Shown here: one piece after another, positions 33,101 to 40,369 of the stretch
Layout: the number at the start of each line of letters is the position of its first letter
How positions within the stretch are numbered: the stretch's first letter is position 1
Virus record (IMG/VR): IMGVR_UViG_3300037851_000103
Location: 20,104-84,103 of that record
DNA: 64,000 nt
From: a virus
Taxonomy: Duplodnaviria > Caudoviricetes
Direction: 5' to 3' (one strand)
Notes under the pieces: model-generated
Seen by the model: only the letters and a program-made list of their open reading frames with translations
What the model was told of the DNA's origin: nothing
Databases searched by the model: none
Position numbers and translations under genes: made by a program

Positions 33101-33224
33101 TATTAATTGTGAAATTGACAATTTTAAAGGATATGTAGATTATTATATATCATCTATTGTTAAAGCAACAGAAAATGATATTAATAATTTCGATCCTTTA
33201 GAAGGCTATAATTTTGATAAATAA
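27123..33224 (+). CDS. Large virion protein with dispersed Kelch-like blades and a C-terminal lectin-like module (2033 aa)
   Basis: Blade motifs LNEPRAFGRGSGT..NGMIVGG, NSPRCYH..GGT.SSCAIIGG, VRCHGLAYVGD.NSGLSTGG, VYWHCGVGDATRSLFWGG and QQCFGTATSAIIAGG. Confidence 0.55.
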   Translation: MSINDEPINFGEFFKAYTGIKFTINKEDNCSIFIPNYTNINYTSTVTSNITGTSLTFSDQWASQSFVSNGSLNKIDTVLLKQLWDYPSSNILWDDYKKQLSFVDVDVEEITLYDFVKNLDNFMVFHKLSRFGDVWWAKKVQTDGSQNTNSLNTNVTISTMISLSGGDKFSFWSPDKWLNDEYKKYSANPTAYSGFLTSEDFINGGWFNIPDMVVSTQPFEKLKMADILLHLNLSYEPIYFGHYYNIDNKTAIRIKDSTTSTVLDTTQTKSNQNNGTYSDTLIAHWVGGLVSTTNVNQFGELGTYNENPCEQKQKQINYTAEETNPLEISHKIDSQLSLNPDYDISQRDFLGTIDPINWISSEETFNAHNIGVLNEPRAFGRGSGTSQNGMIVGGIKTDNNSESIITSVLSSSEIWKNNGFLKNVLITTNSPRCYHIQGGTGSSSCAIIGGYSKFNTTDSNEFSEYSKDGILNNVEIFEKNENDPELSSFKIFNDIQLSVTRGDGAGFVNIQTQNKKDKFEISSVVKNYTLNGNDEQAINDFVLDNSEKNSTTDNAVRYSSSTVTGFIYCGNTTGKSYLINTANTGDITSIFEKINITTVNASTNLLDDPIQYNSDYYSDAFLNVVNDVITIDGATEYSEEIILEKCGKYRIEYINGGFYLNSDLNVNNTCLSIIDDMFQIKIVNSPNTKLVLDKTGIYQFTIKDSSFASNTLQTEVINDNIQVDSASTITATAGATVTLPYIGKYLVEVINDTSSIEFFQYPSNETRNEFEMRSNVQFSYDFYANNCGTYRIQYSDHAFTVWVDDPDPEASDYLIYFGTLKIKVMSVDETQTFSEEIIWPSYFNSDDDFYDYIEANDSAGYVGKYHEFCVEDQNVPQKIKVIGWDPYNNCEVSLTHSDDYGIDFYMFYMGSQNNCSNCSQSSVTLQKSINDAEKELFSSQIYFYNEFKNSDLNLKYINQVTTSTAGVSGITGSEIISSIPATGKIYTKLTYLYTNINTIDETNVNTSGSSGAFDTLGLNVYFNDIYKNKIFTGQLHSISGSDIFCNAIPGSEVTILGSNALQGSVVLQVCYLGCTPDCSSSSNVIGGFYNSAMKVFLNGNENTDIALDKTFNSLYELEYYLNSNPSQSKYDFCVNVQNSKLQFQNKFFTPNYSINKQNIRLLYLGTTDECDCLKNSPVDENLSISINYNTVNNELEYPVRCHGLAYVGDDNSGLSTGGRCEYNNINDVTSLVTNKYLYPQNKPHYEINVNFDSVREELEKNRILDLVYELKDGTWIRRQNLLESVYWHCGVGDATRSLFWGGIHDTTTFSEIDVFNIYSDIDGVYISDFLCNDDKKLYDVNISSKEGKDYTTTINTTGDMIVTPSISACWDTPNWKTNLNYSDLFDDPRYVNNQETLDYSTHNNYPEFEIISILPSSPTPISPQNNSTIISINTDIKNNILISKTFDQASFRIFANVNNNTTNGTIKINTANIIIGQENVDIFPTNIVINSIINQELILTDIEVLKNNQTKIYYTFKYSFIYNTTEFYELEGYGILLFNTLTDIYNSSKVIQSLESISHNFIVTKCSISSTVPITIHSDNSKLTFELIEDEGISIGVETLNQSWTSSLKECGKNISKFIDLNGLTPMCSIYPRWGTPIWTHELYNSTYGYLGLNFKFNYKNQTVDNDTSIINYETTSVNVTANTLGSILNQRILISGQSFKQNHIITNMSSTVDLTGSLNNDICEFTYPENSLIITFTENITSNWNQRFYTECASSITQEYQSDKRYNAPDYWIPSNSVGSCLNGGTRNSTQTISEKIAWKRYMDGTGLGGDVPDYETIYDVKLNKLKDSINWNYLKTWYIGQQCFGTATSAIIAGGHKIDTNTALKGINNGYHANDTTKRTFIWDTNTIPEEDSYNSIYLGRRLFNYYWNGQSIDSNSNNSSLSSLNVIIFNGESNIIVERQGTILFDGTQKLVSVKFDTPLPDDVTTYAISLTPSDNIKMWWSDKSNTGFNINCEIDNFKGYVDYYISSIVKATENDINNFDPLEGYNFDK

Positions 33225-33239
33225 TTAAAAAGGAAAAAT

Positions 33240-34520
33240 ATGGCAAATAGACCGGAACCGTTTTTAACATCTGGAATTAGTTTGGGAATCCCAACTAATA
33301 ATCCCTTAACTATTGAAAATATTGATAATGCTATATTTTTAGATAGTAATGGGGAAATGCATTTTAAAGATTCTTGGGTTCCAACACAAACTGATATTTT
33401 CGGAAATATTTTACAAACATTAAAATTAAAAGATTTGTGGACAAAAAATAATGGTGTATATTCTCAAGATGGAAAATTATATTTTAAAGATTCTACCGTG
33501 GATCGTCCTTATAGTTTACAAGAAATGGTACAATCATATAAAGATATAACCAGTAAACTTATTAATGGTGGTATCTATTGGTTAGGCAGAACATCTATAT
33601 CCAATGATGAATGTGAAAATATCATGATTAATATAAATGGCGATAAAAATTTGACTATTAATGATGATGGGGCAAGAATATTTTTAAAAGACACCAATGA
33701 TCAATATAATCAATTTGCCACCGGAACTAAAGTTTTTTCTATTGATAATTATTTAAATAATTTAACAATAACAGATGGGGGAAATAAATTTACCACCGTT
33801 GATGGCCAATTAAGGTGGCATGATGTTCCAAATCATCACATTTTATTACCTCCTATAGATATGAACAAAGCTCTTGCTTTATTTTCAAAACTTTGTATAA
33901 GACTTATTAAAAATGATACTCCTATTTTATTTAGACTTTATGATGAAACAGCAAATGTTGTTTTAGATCAAATATCAATTAGTAATAATTCAGAAAATCC
34001 AATGGAACAACAACCAACGTTAACACATTATGGCCAATTACCAACTTATTTAGAACAATTACAACAATTAAAATGTCAATGCCAAAATAATATTACTGAT
34101 GAAGAACCGCCTCATATTATTAAAATACAATTCTATACTAATTTTGAATTTAATGATTCGAATGATGATTTGACATATTATTCATATTTAGAAAGAAGAG
34201 TTATTGGGATTCCAAATTCATTAAATGTGACTCCTATAAATAATTCCAGTATTGATTGTATTATTTGGGATACTAATAAAAATGATACAATAGGAAGAAA
34301 AACCGGAAGTGCGGTTTTTAATAATCAAGATTTAATTAATATAACATTTGATAATAATTTTACGTCATCTGAATATTCTATTAATTTATCATGTAATAAA
34401 AATATAAATGTATTTTGGAATAATAAAAAATCATCTGGATTTTCTATAAAATCAGAAAAGAAATTCACAGGAACCGTGGATTGGATTGCAACAAAATTGA
34501 AAAATGAAGGTGCCGCATGA
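33240..34520 (+). CDS. Putative tail fibre/virion protein with C-terminal lectin-like module
   Basis: C-terminal KTGSAVF...ITFDNNF..SEYSINL..NKNINVFW..KKSSGFSI...FTGTVDWIAT is shared with gp6 and ORF 27123. Confidence 0.5.
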   Translation: MANRPEPFLTSGISLGIPTNNPLTIENIDNAIFLDSNGEMHFKDSWVPTQTDIFGNILQTLKLKDLWTKNNGVYSQDGKLYFKDSTVDRPYSLQEMVQSYKDITSKLINGGIYWLGRTSISNDECENIMININGDKNLTINDDGARIFLKDTNDQYNQFATGTKVFSIDNYLNNLTITDGGNKFTTVDGQLRWHDVPNHHILLPPIDMNKALALFSKLCIRLIKNDTPILFRLYDETANVVLDQISISNNSENPMEQQPTLTHYGQLPTYLEQLQQLKCQCQNNITDEEPPHIIKIQFYTNFEFNDSNDDLTYYSYLERRVIGIPNSLNVTPINNSSIDCIIWDTNKNDTIGRKTGSAVFNNQDLINITFDNNFTSSEYSINLSCNKNINVFWNNKKSSGFSIKSEKKFTGTVDWIATKLKNEGAA

Positions 34521-36100
34521 CAATAGAATCCTTCCAAACTACCGCATTACAAATAGGAAAAATTGTTAGGGCACTAACATCTGACGCCACAGGAAACTTA
34601 ATATTTAGAGACAACCTCAATCCTGATGGGGAAACTCTTTCAAGATTAATTAGTGGTTTGATTTCATCAAATATATCATTTGATTCATCTTCAAATTTTT
34701 ATGCTGGTATAACAAATGTTCAAAACGCTTTAGATTTTTTAAATCAATTTGCTTATTTAAAATATACGGCCCGGTTTATTTATGTTGATCCTACTATTCC
34801 AGCAGAATATGTGGTATCAGGTGATTTATATAATAATATGAACGATGCTATTACTTACGCAAAAACGTTAATAGCAAATGGTTACAATACGATTAATATA
34901 TTAGCAATGGGAAGTCATAAACAAAATTCATTGGATACCAATTCAGATAATGGGGTATTTACTTTTGATGGAACTGAAGAAATAATATTAGATGTAAATG
35001 GATTAAATATAATTGGTATTGGGAATCCAATTTTTAGAGTAAATAATTGTAATGGTACAAATATTGTTAGAAAAAATATTTTTAATATTAAAAATAACTC
35101 AATTAATAAATCTTCAATAGTATTCCAAGATATATCATTCCAATTTGTTAATTCTACTTATACATCATTTATAAAAATAGAAAATGCATCACAATCAATA
35201 AATGTTAAAGAACGTCATGGAGTTAAAATTATTAACTCTACGATTTCGTTTACTATTGGTTCACAAGATTATAATAGATTGGTTGATTTTGATAATGATA
35301 GTTCAATAACTCCAACTGATGTGGAAATTGATGGAATATCTATGGGGTCTATTAATAATGTTATACCGTCAGCAAATCCAATTCAGTTACTTCATATAAA
35401 TCATAATTCACAATCTGTAGTTATTGTTAATAATTTAAATACCGCACATTGTCAACAACCGAATGCAGAAGAAAATGAATTAACTACTAATATTACGTCT
35501 CTTGAATATATTAATTGTAAAAAAGGAAAATGTATAATCAATAATTGTGTTTTAGATGAAAAATCCTATTGGATAGGAAACTTAGCATCAAATGTAACAA
35601 CTAAGTTATTAAATGCTGATTCTTCAGATTCTAGAATTTCTATTTTTAATATTGGTATTGTCAGATCTGATTATAATACAAATTATGAAGATAATACTGG
35701 AATTACATTATTAAAAGATTGGATTGTTCAAACAAATAATGCTGTTGTTAATTCCGTTGGTGGGACTGATGAAATTTATGATATCACAGTTCAATCAATT
35801 CCCACATCAGGAACAGGAACGTCTGGGTCTTCTGGAACATCCGGTACATCCGGCACACCGGAATTATTTTATAATGTTAAACCAGTTAAATCATTTTGGA
35901 ATAAAGATAATATTATTTTTGGACTTGGACATAGAAATGAATTAAGAATTGGAAGTCCTTCAAATGATGATATTAATAATTATTTAAGTAAATATGATAT
36001 AACCAATTATGGAATACCATTTTGGTATAATTCAACCTTAAAGAAATTCCAATTTTTTGATGGAACTTCTGTTCATACAATTGTTTCTGCAACAACTTAA
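34517..36100 (+). CDS. Putative tailspike-like right-handed beta-helix protein
   Basis: IYVDPT...YNNMNDAITYA...INILAMG followed by Asn/Ile-rich beta-helix-like sequence; TSGTGTSGSSGTSGTSGT near the C-terminus. Confidence 0.45.
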   Translation: MTIESFQTTALQIGKIVRALTSDATGNLIFRDNLNPDGETLSRLISGLISSNISFDSSSNFYAGITNVQNALDFLNQFAYLKYTARFIYVDPTIPAEYVVSGDLYNNMNDAITYAKTLIANGYNTINILAMGSHKQNSLDTNSDNGVFTFDGTEEIILDVNGLNIIGIGNPIFRVNNCNGTNIVRKNIFNIKNNSINKSSIVFQDISFQFVNSTYTSFIKIENASQSINVKERHGVKIINSTISFTIGSQDYNRLVDFDNDSSITPTDVEIDGISMGSINNVIPSANPIQLLHINHNSQSVVIVNNLNTAHCQQPNAEENELTTNITSLEYINCKKGKCIINNCVLDEKSYWIGNLASNVTTKLLNADSSDSRISIFNIGIVRSDYNTNYEDNTGITLLKDWIVQTNNAVVNSVGGTDEIYDITVQSIPTSGTGTSGSSGTSGTSGTPELFYNVKPVKSFWNKDNIIFGLGHRNELRIGSPSNDDINNYLSKYDITNYGIPFWYNSTLKKFQFFDGTSVHTIVSATT

Positions 36101-36768
36101 TTATTTGGCATTATTTTTAATAATTTTTGTAATTCTTGTATTTGATTATCTAATATTATTATATCTTCTGGTTTAGCATCTTTCTTTTTTAGATTTAATC
36201 TATAAATAAGAACATTAACATAATTTGCTACATAATTATTGGTATTTATTTCATTTCGATTTGCCAAAGAATCTGATATTTTTTTCCATTCTGTTATTTC
36301 TTCAATTCTGTATTTAATTTGTTTTTGTAATTTAATAAATTTATATTGTAGTTTTGAGAGATTTATTTTAGTTTCTCTTAAATCAAATTCTTTAATTGTT
36401 TTTTTATCTGAATCCGTTTCCGCTTGATATGAAGTTTGTATTTTTATTAATGTCAATTCTAATTTTTCTATATTTAATTGTAATAATTCTAAATCATATA
36501 TATCATTCAATAGTTGATCTGCATGAACTTCCGCTTCGATTTTGCATTGCCAATATTTAGACTCTGGTGTAGGAAAAGAAGAATCTGATAAAACCCCAAA
36601 TAGTTTAACTGGTAATGGTCTATACATAGGTACTTTATAATAATTATCCAAAATAAAATTTTTATTATTTTCAAGATTTTCCATGTCTTGTTTGGTCAAA
36701 ATACTTTTAGAAGATAATGATTCTAAAATACTACAATTTTTAAATGGTGTTAATTCAGTTTGATTCAT
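36097..36768 (-). CDS. Conserved phage hypothetical coiled-coil protein
   Basis: 223 aa; VLSDSSFPTPESKYWQC motif followed by coiled coil. Convergent TTAA stop overlap with ORF 34517. Confidence 0.6.
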   Translation of the reverse strand: MNQTELTPFKNCSILESLSSKSILTKQDMENLENNKNFILDNYYKVPMYRPLPVKLFGVLSDSSFPTPESKYWQCKIEAEVHADQLLNDIYDLELLQLNIEKLELTLIKIQTSYQAETDSDKKTIKEFDLRETKINLSKLQYKFIKLQKQIKYRIEEITEWKKISDSLANRNEINTNNYVANYVNVLIYRLNLKKKDAKPEDIIILDNQIQELQKLLKIMPNN

Positions 36769-36771
36769 ATT

Positions 36772-37362
36772 TCAATTTCCTATTATCTGATCCACAATAT
36801 TTAATTTTTTGCAAGTATCAGCATCTAGCCAAACGTCGCGTGCGGGTAATAATTCTTTTTCAATTCTTTTTTTAGTTAATCCCGTACATTCTTGATAATG
36901 ATTTAATAATCTATTATATATTCTATCTAATTCTCTCGTATGATTTTGTAATTCCGTGTGACTTCCGCCTATTTCTGTCGAGAATCTATGTGACATAAAT
37001 TGGGTTTTTTTAGTGCAACATCTATAGCCTTTTTCGCCAGCCATAAAAATAATTAATCCTCCTGAACATGCTTGTCCGTAAGCATGACAGTGAACAGGAG
37101 TTTCGATTTCAGAAATAACATCGCATATCATTTGTGAAGCATATAAATCGCCACCTGGACTGTTGATAATTAATTTTATCGGTTTTGGATTTTGTAAGGT
37201 TTTATTTAAATCGTCTATATTATATAACTGTTCAACTATTTCTCTGGAACTATCTATTTTTATTTCCCCTAAAATAAATAACCTAAAAGAACTCCAAATA
37301 TTATAATCATCTATATTATTATCCGGGGAAACTGTGCCTAATTGTATTTCTTGTGCGGTCAT
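36772..37362 (-). CDS. clpP: ATP-dependent Clp protease proteolytic subunit
   Basis: IINSPGGDL, GQACSGG (Ser), FMSHR (His) and RDVWL (Asp): the catalytic triad is present. Confidence 0.9.
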   Translation of the reverse strand: MTAQEIQLGTVSPDNNIDDYNIWSSFRLFILGEIKIDSSREIVEQLYNIDDLNKTLQNPKPIKLIINSPGGDLYASQMICDVISEIETPVHCHAYGQACSGGLIIFMAGEKGYRCCTKKTQFMSHRFSTEIGGSHTELQNHTRELDRIYNRLLNHYQECTGLTKKRIEKELLPARDVWLDADTCKKLNIVDQIIGN

Positions 37363-37377
37363 TTTTATTCCTTATGT

Positions 37378-37596
37378 TTAAATTTTTCCGACGTTATCAG
37401 GAATTTCATTTGGGTTAAAATATGATAAATTAGTATAATTATTTCCCTTTATTCTAGTAAATGAACCAGAACCAATAACACTTGTTTCACCACAATCACA
37501 AGTAGCCCATTCAGTATTTGAATGCGGAATAACTATATCTTTACATGCATTGCATTGTAATTTAATCTTTAATACTGTATTAGTCCAATGATCCAT
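37378..37596 (-). CDS. Small Zn-finger protein
   Basis: CNACKD...TCDCG four-Cys motif. Confidence 0.7.
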   Translation of the reverse strand: MDHWTNTVLKIKLQCNACKDIVIPHSNTEWATCDCGETSVIGSGSFTRIKGNNYTNLSYFNPNEIPDNVGKI

Positions 37597-37598
37597 AT

Positions 37599-38162
37599 TT
37601 AAATCCTTTCATACAATGAAATTATTTTATCACATACTGAAGAAAAATCAATTTTTGGGTGTAAATGAATTTGCTCATGCAAACATTCATCTGGTAATCT
37701 ATAAGCAGATTCATATTTATTAGTATATTGTATGCCTTGTCTACACAATTCAAAAACATAATCACATGATTTAGCTTCATTGACGAATCTTACATCTGGA
37801 ATAATTACAATGTTATAATGATTTTGTTTTTTCTTACATTTTTGTATCCAAAATTCATCGTGTATTAGTTTGCGAAAACAATCAGTTCCTACTTTATTTA
37901 ATAAATCTCTGGGAGAATACCCAATTAAACAAGGCAAGGGAGCGGTTAATTCCGTCCATTTTGTTTCTTTATATTGTCTATCTTGTAACGTCCTTATTGG
38001 AATTCCAGTAATATGCCAAACTAATTCATATAATTCATCACTAAAAGATGCTTTATTTATACATATCCCACTATAATTAAAATTCATCATTTTAATTATA
38101 GCATTTGCCGTTGTATCTTTTCCAACATTTTCTGGGCCAGCAAGACCTATAAAAAGAGTCAT
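37599..38162 (-). CDS. Deoxynucleoside monophosphate kinase (T4 gp1-like)
   Basis: IGLAGPENVGKDT P-loop, SFSDELY, PRDLLNKVGTD..R...DEFWI, IPDVRFVNE. Confidence 0.85.
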   Translation of the reverse strand: MTLFIGLAGPENVGKDTTANAIIKMMNFNYSGICINKASFSDELYELVWHITGIPIRTLQDRQYKETKWTELTAPLPCLIGYSPRDLLNKVGTDCFRKLIHDEFWIQKCKKKQNHYNIVIIPDVRFVNEAKSCDYVFELCRQGIQYTNKYESAYRLPDECLHEQIHLHPKIDFSSVCDKIISLYERI

Positions 38163-38338
38163 TTTTTAGTTTCCTGAAAAAATCCATCACCTAAATGAAT
38201 ATATGATGGTGTGGTGGATGATTCTAACATTATAACAACTTCCCCATTTTGGTCAATACATTTCGGACAGTGAATATTTCCGGTATTATGTTTAACATCA
38301 ATAATAGTTTTGCATTTTGGACATTTTAATTCTTTCAT
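38159..38338 (-). CDS. Zn-ribbon protein, FmdB-like (59 aa; not in ORF track)
   Basis: MKELKCPKCKTIIDVKHNTGNIHCPKCIDQNGEVVIMLESSTTPSYIHLGDGFFQETKK*; AAGGA SD; ATGA overlap with the dNMP kinase start. Confidence 0.8.
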   Translation of the reverse strand: MKELKCPKCKTIIDVKHNTGNIHCPKCIDQNGEVVIMLESSTTPSYIHLGDGFFQETKK

Positions 38339-38371
38339 AAAAGTTTCCTTTTTATAGTATAATTTAATTAA

Positions 38372-38399
38372 TATTTATAACTAAAATATATTATAAATA
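38372..38399. promoter_or_regulatory. Back-to-back divergent late boxes (TATAAATA on - at 38372-38379 and on + at 38392-38399)
   Basis: Exact matches on both strands in the divergent intergenic region. Confidence 0.6.
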
Positions 38400-38432
38400 C
38401 ATTTAAACGATTTTCAACTTAAGGAATATTAC

Positions 38433-40355
38433 ATGACTGTTAGATATAGAGATAAAACAGTTGGGCATATACATAATGATCCTATTTATATTACCCAAGC
38501 TGATGCTAGTTCTGAATTAAAAATCGGTCAAGTTGTGTATCTAGATGCCTGTGGGAAATTCTTGCCTGCGATGGCTATTGTTGGAAAAAGCAATGTTGTT
38601 GGAGTCGTTTGGTCTATTGAATCCCCGCATTCTTTTTATTTAAAACAAACTCCTGGTCCTTTAATGTATCGTTTTCCATTAACAAAAGAATATTTTGCGA
38701 TGATTGGGGATAAAGTAATAGAAAATCAACCAAGTTCTGAAAAAATTCCTGGTGATATTGGGGCAAACTTATATCTAAGCGCAACTGAAGCAGGAAGTAT
38801 TACAAATGTTCCTGCTATTTCAGGTGGCGATATTAGCTGTACTAATACTTTAGTTGGCACAAAAATGCCATATGGGTGGCTTTTTGATCCTAAAGTTTCT
38901 TGTAAAGATGCATTGGGTGTATATTGCAATACTATATTGTTAGGTTATATATCAGGAATGACATTTTCTACTATTGCATTTGATTGCAATGAATGTGATT
39001 TAACGATCAAAGGTACGATTTGTGCATCATTTGATTATTATTACTGCGCCCAATCCTATGCATTAAATGATGCTTTGCCATATGGTGAATGTGGTGATTT
39101 AACGTTTGCCTTATCTGGAAATGGATTAACTATTTCTGGTACATCTGAAAATACTGCTTATATGATCTATATAAGAGATTCCAATAATGTAAGTTATACA
39201 TTTACATTAATGTGCGATCCTGATTTTATTGTGATTCCTGGTCCTGCTGGCCCCGCTGGTCCTCCTGGTGTTACTGGTCCTGCTGGCCCCGCTGGTCCTG
39301 CTGGTGCAACTGGTCCTGTTGGTCCCGCTGGCCCTCCTGGCCCTCCTGGGGCAAATGGCGCAATTGGCCCTTCTGGTCCTAAAGGGGATAAGGGAGATAA
39401 AGGAACAAATGGAACAAATGGCGTATGTCTAGAATGTGTTGACGTGTTAAATTATGGTTGTGGATTATCATTAACTGAAACTGATGATGGCGCATTATTA
39501 TATAATTCTGGATTGGTTGATATTGAACATCCAGAAACCTGTACTGCCGAATTTAGTGTTGTTGGTGGGTTATCGACTACTATTACTGATGATGGTTGCA
39601 AAAATTTGGCATATGCTAATAAAGGCATTAATTTTAATGTTCCTACCTCATTTGTAGGAGGGGCTACCTTATTAATAAAAACAACTTCTGCAACTTGTCC
39701 AAATATTGAATTATATGGTGGCAGATTATTTGGCACTACTTGTACTGGTGGTATTAATGAAGATGGCTGTGCGGGAGATAAATATCAAGCTAAAATTAAA
39801 GGTGAAATTGGTATTGACGTAATACAAACAGCTAACCCAACGAATCCTAGTGTAACAATATCTACTGTGTTAGATTGTGCATATATTGAAATTCCAACTC
39901 CAAAAATAAATAAACAACCTGCTGGGGTCGCCATTAGTCCTGGTCAAGAATTAGTTAGCGCAATAGATAACGGTGGAAATTGTGATTATAATTCTACAAT
40001 AAAAACGTTTCCTGGGCTTGGATTAAATCCATTAGACGAAACATTAAAATTTGGGGTATCAACAGTTGGCACTAATCTTATGTTTGATAATGGAAAAATT
40101 AATTTAACGACTAAAAAATTTCCAAATATTTCAGATGGTAATGGTACTCCAGTTTCAACTCCAGATAAGTATATAACAAAAGTTACTATTAATCAAACTG
40201 ATGCTACTAATTATAAACTTGATTATGAATACACGGATTCAGTTTTAAAAGATCCTGTTATAGCTGGGGAAGGATGTGCGATTATTGGTGTTACTAAAGG
40301 TGCTGAACAAAATTATATATTTACCAGAGGCAATGTATGTTGTACATATACTTGA
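38433..40355 (+). CDS. Collagen-like Cys-rich fibre protein (possible head fibre)
   Basis: 20 Gly-X-Y triplets at 39240-39419; N-terminal GQVVYLD..G....AMA....VVGVV...LYLS...AGSIT..P (capsid-cement/DUF2190-like pattern); about 23 Cys. Confidence 0.7.
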   Translation: MTVRYRDKTVGHIHNDPIYITQADASSELKIGQVVYLDACGKFLPAMAIVGKSNVVGVVWSIESPHSFYLKQTPGPLMYRFPLTKEYFAMIGDKVIENQPSSEKIPGDIGANLYLSATEAGSITNVPAISGGDISCTNTLVGTKMPYGWLFDPKVSCKDALGVYCNTILLGYISGMTFSTIAFDCNECDLTIKGTICASFDYYYCAQSYALNDALPYGECGDLTFALSGNGLTISGTSENTAYMIYIRDSNNVSYTFTLMCDPDFIVIPGPAGPAGPPGVTGPAGPAGPAGATGPVGPAGPPGPPGANGAIGPSGPKGDKGDKGTNGTNGVCLECVDVLNYGCGLSLTETDDGALLYNSGLVDIEHPETCTAEFSVVGGLSTTITDDGCKNLAYANKGINFNVPTSFVGGATLLIKTTSATCPNIELYGGRLFGTTCTGGINEDGCAGDKYQAKIKGEIGIDVIQTANPTNPSVTISTVLDCAYIEIPTPKINKQPAGVAISPGQELVSAIDNGGNCDYNSTIKTFPGLGLNPLDETLKFGVSTVGTNLMFDNGKINLTTKKFPNISDGNGTPVSTPDKYITKVTINQTDATNYKLDYEYTDSVLKDPVIAGEGCAIIGVTKGAEQNYIFTRGNVCCTYT

Positions 40356-40369
40356 AAGAGGAATGAATA

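Noticed and set aside
12061-34495. Diversity-generating retroelement (TR/VR pairs) explaining the repeated C-terminal modules
   Set aside because: Copies are similar only at protein level and differ at all base types rather than only adenines; no reverse transcriptase is in the window.
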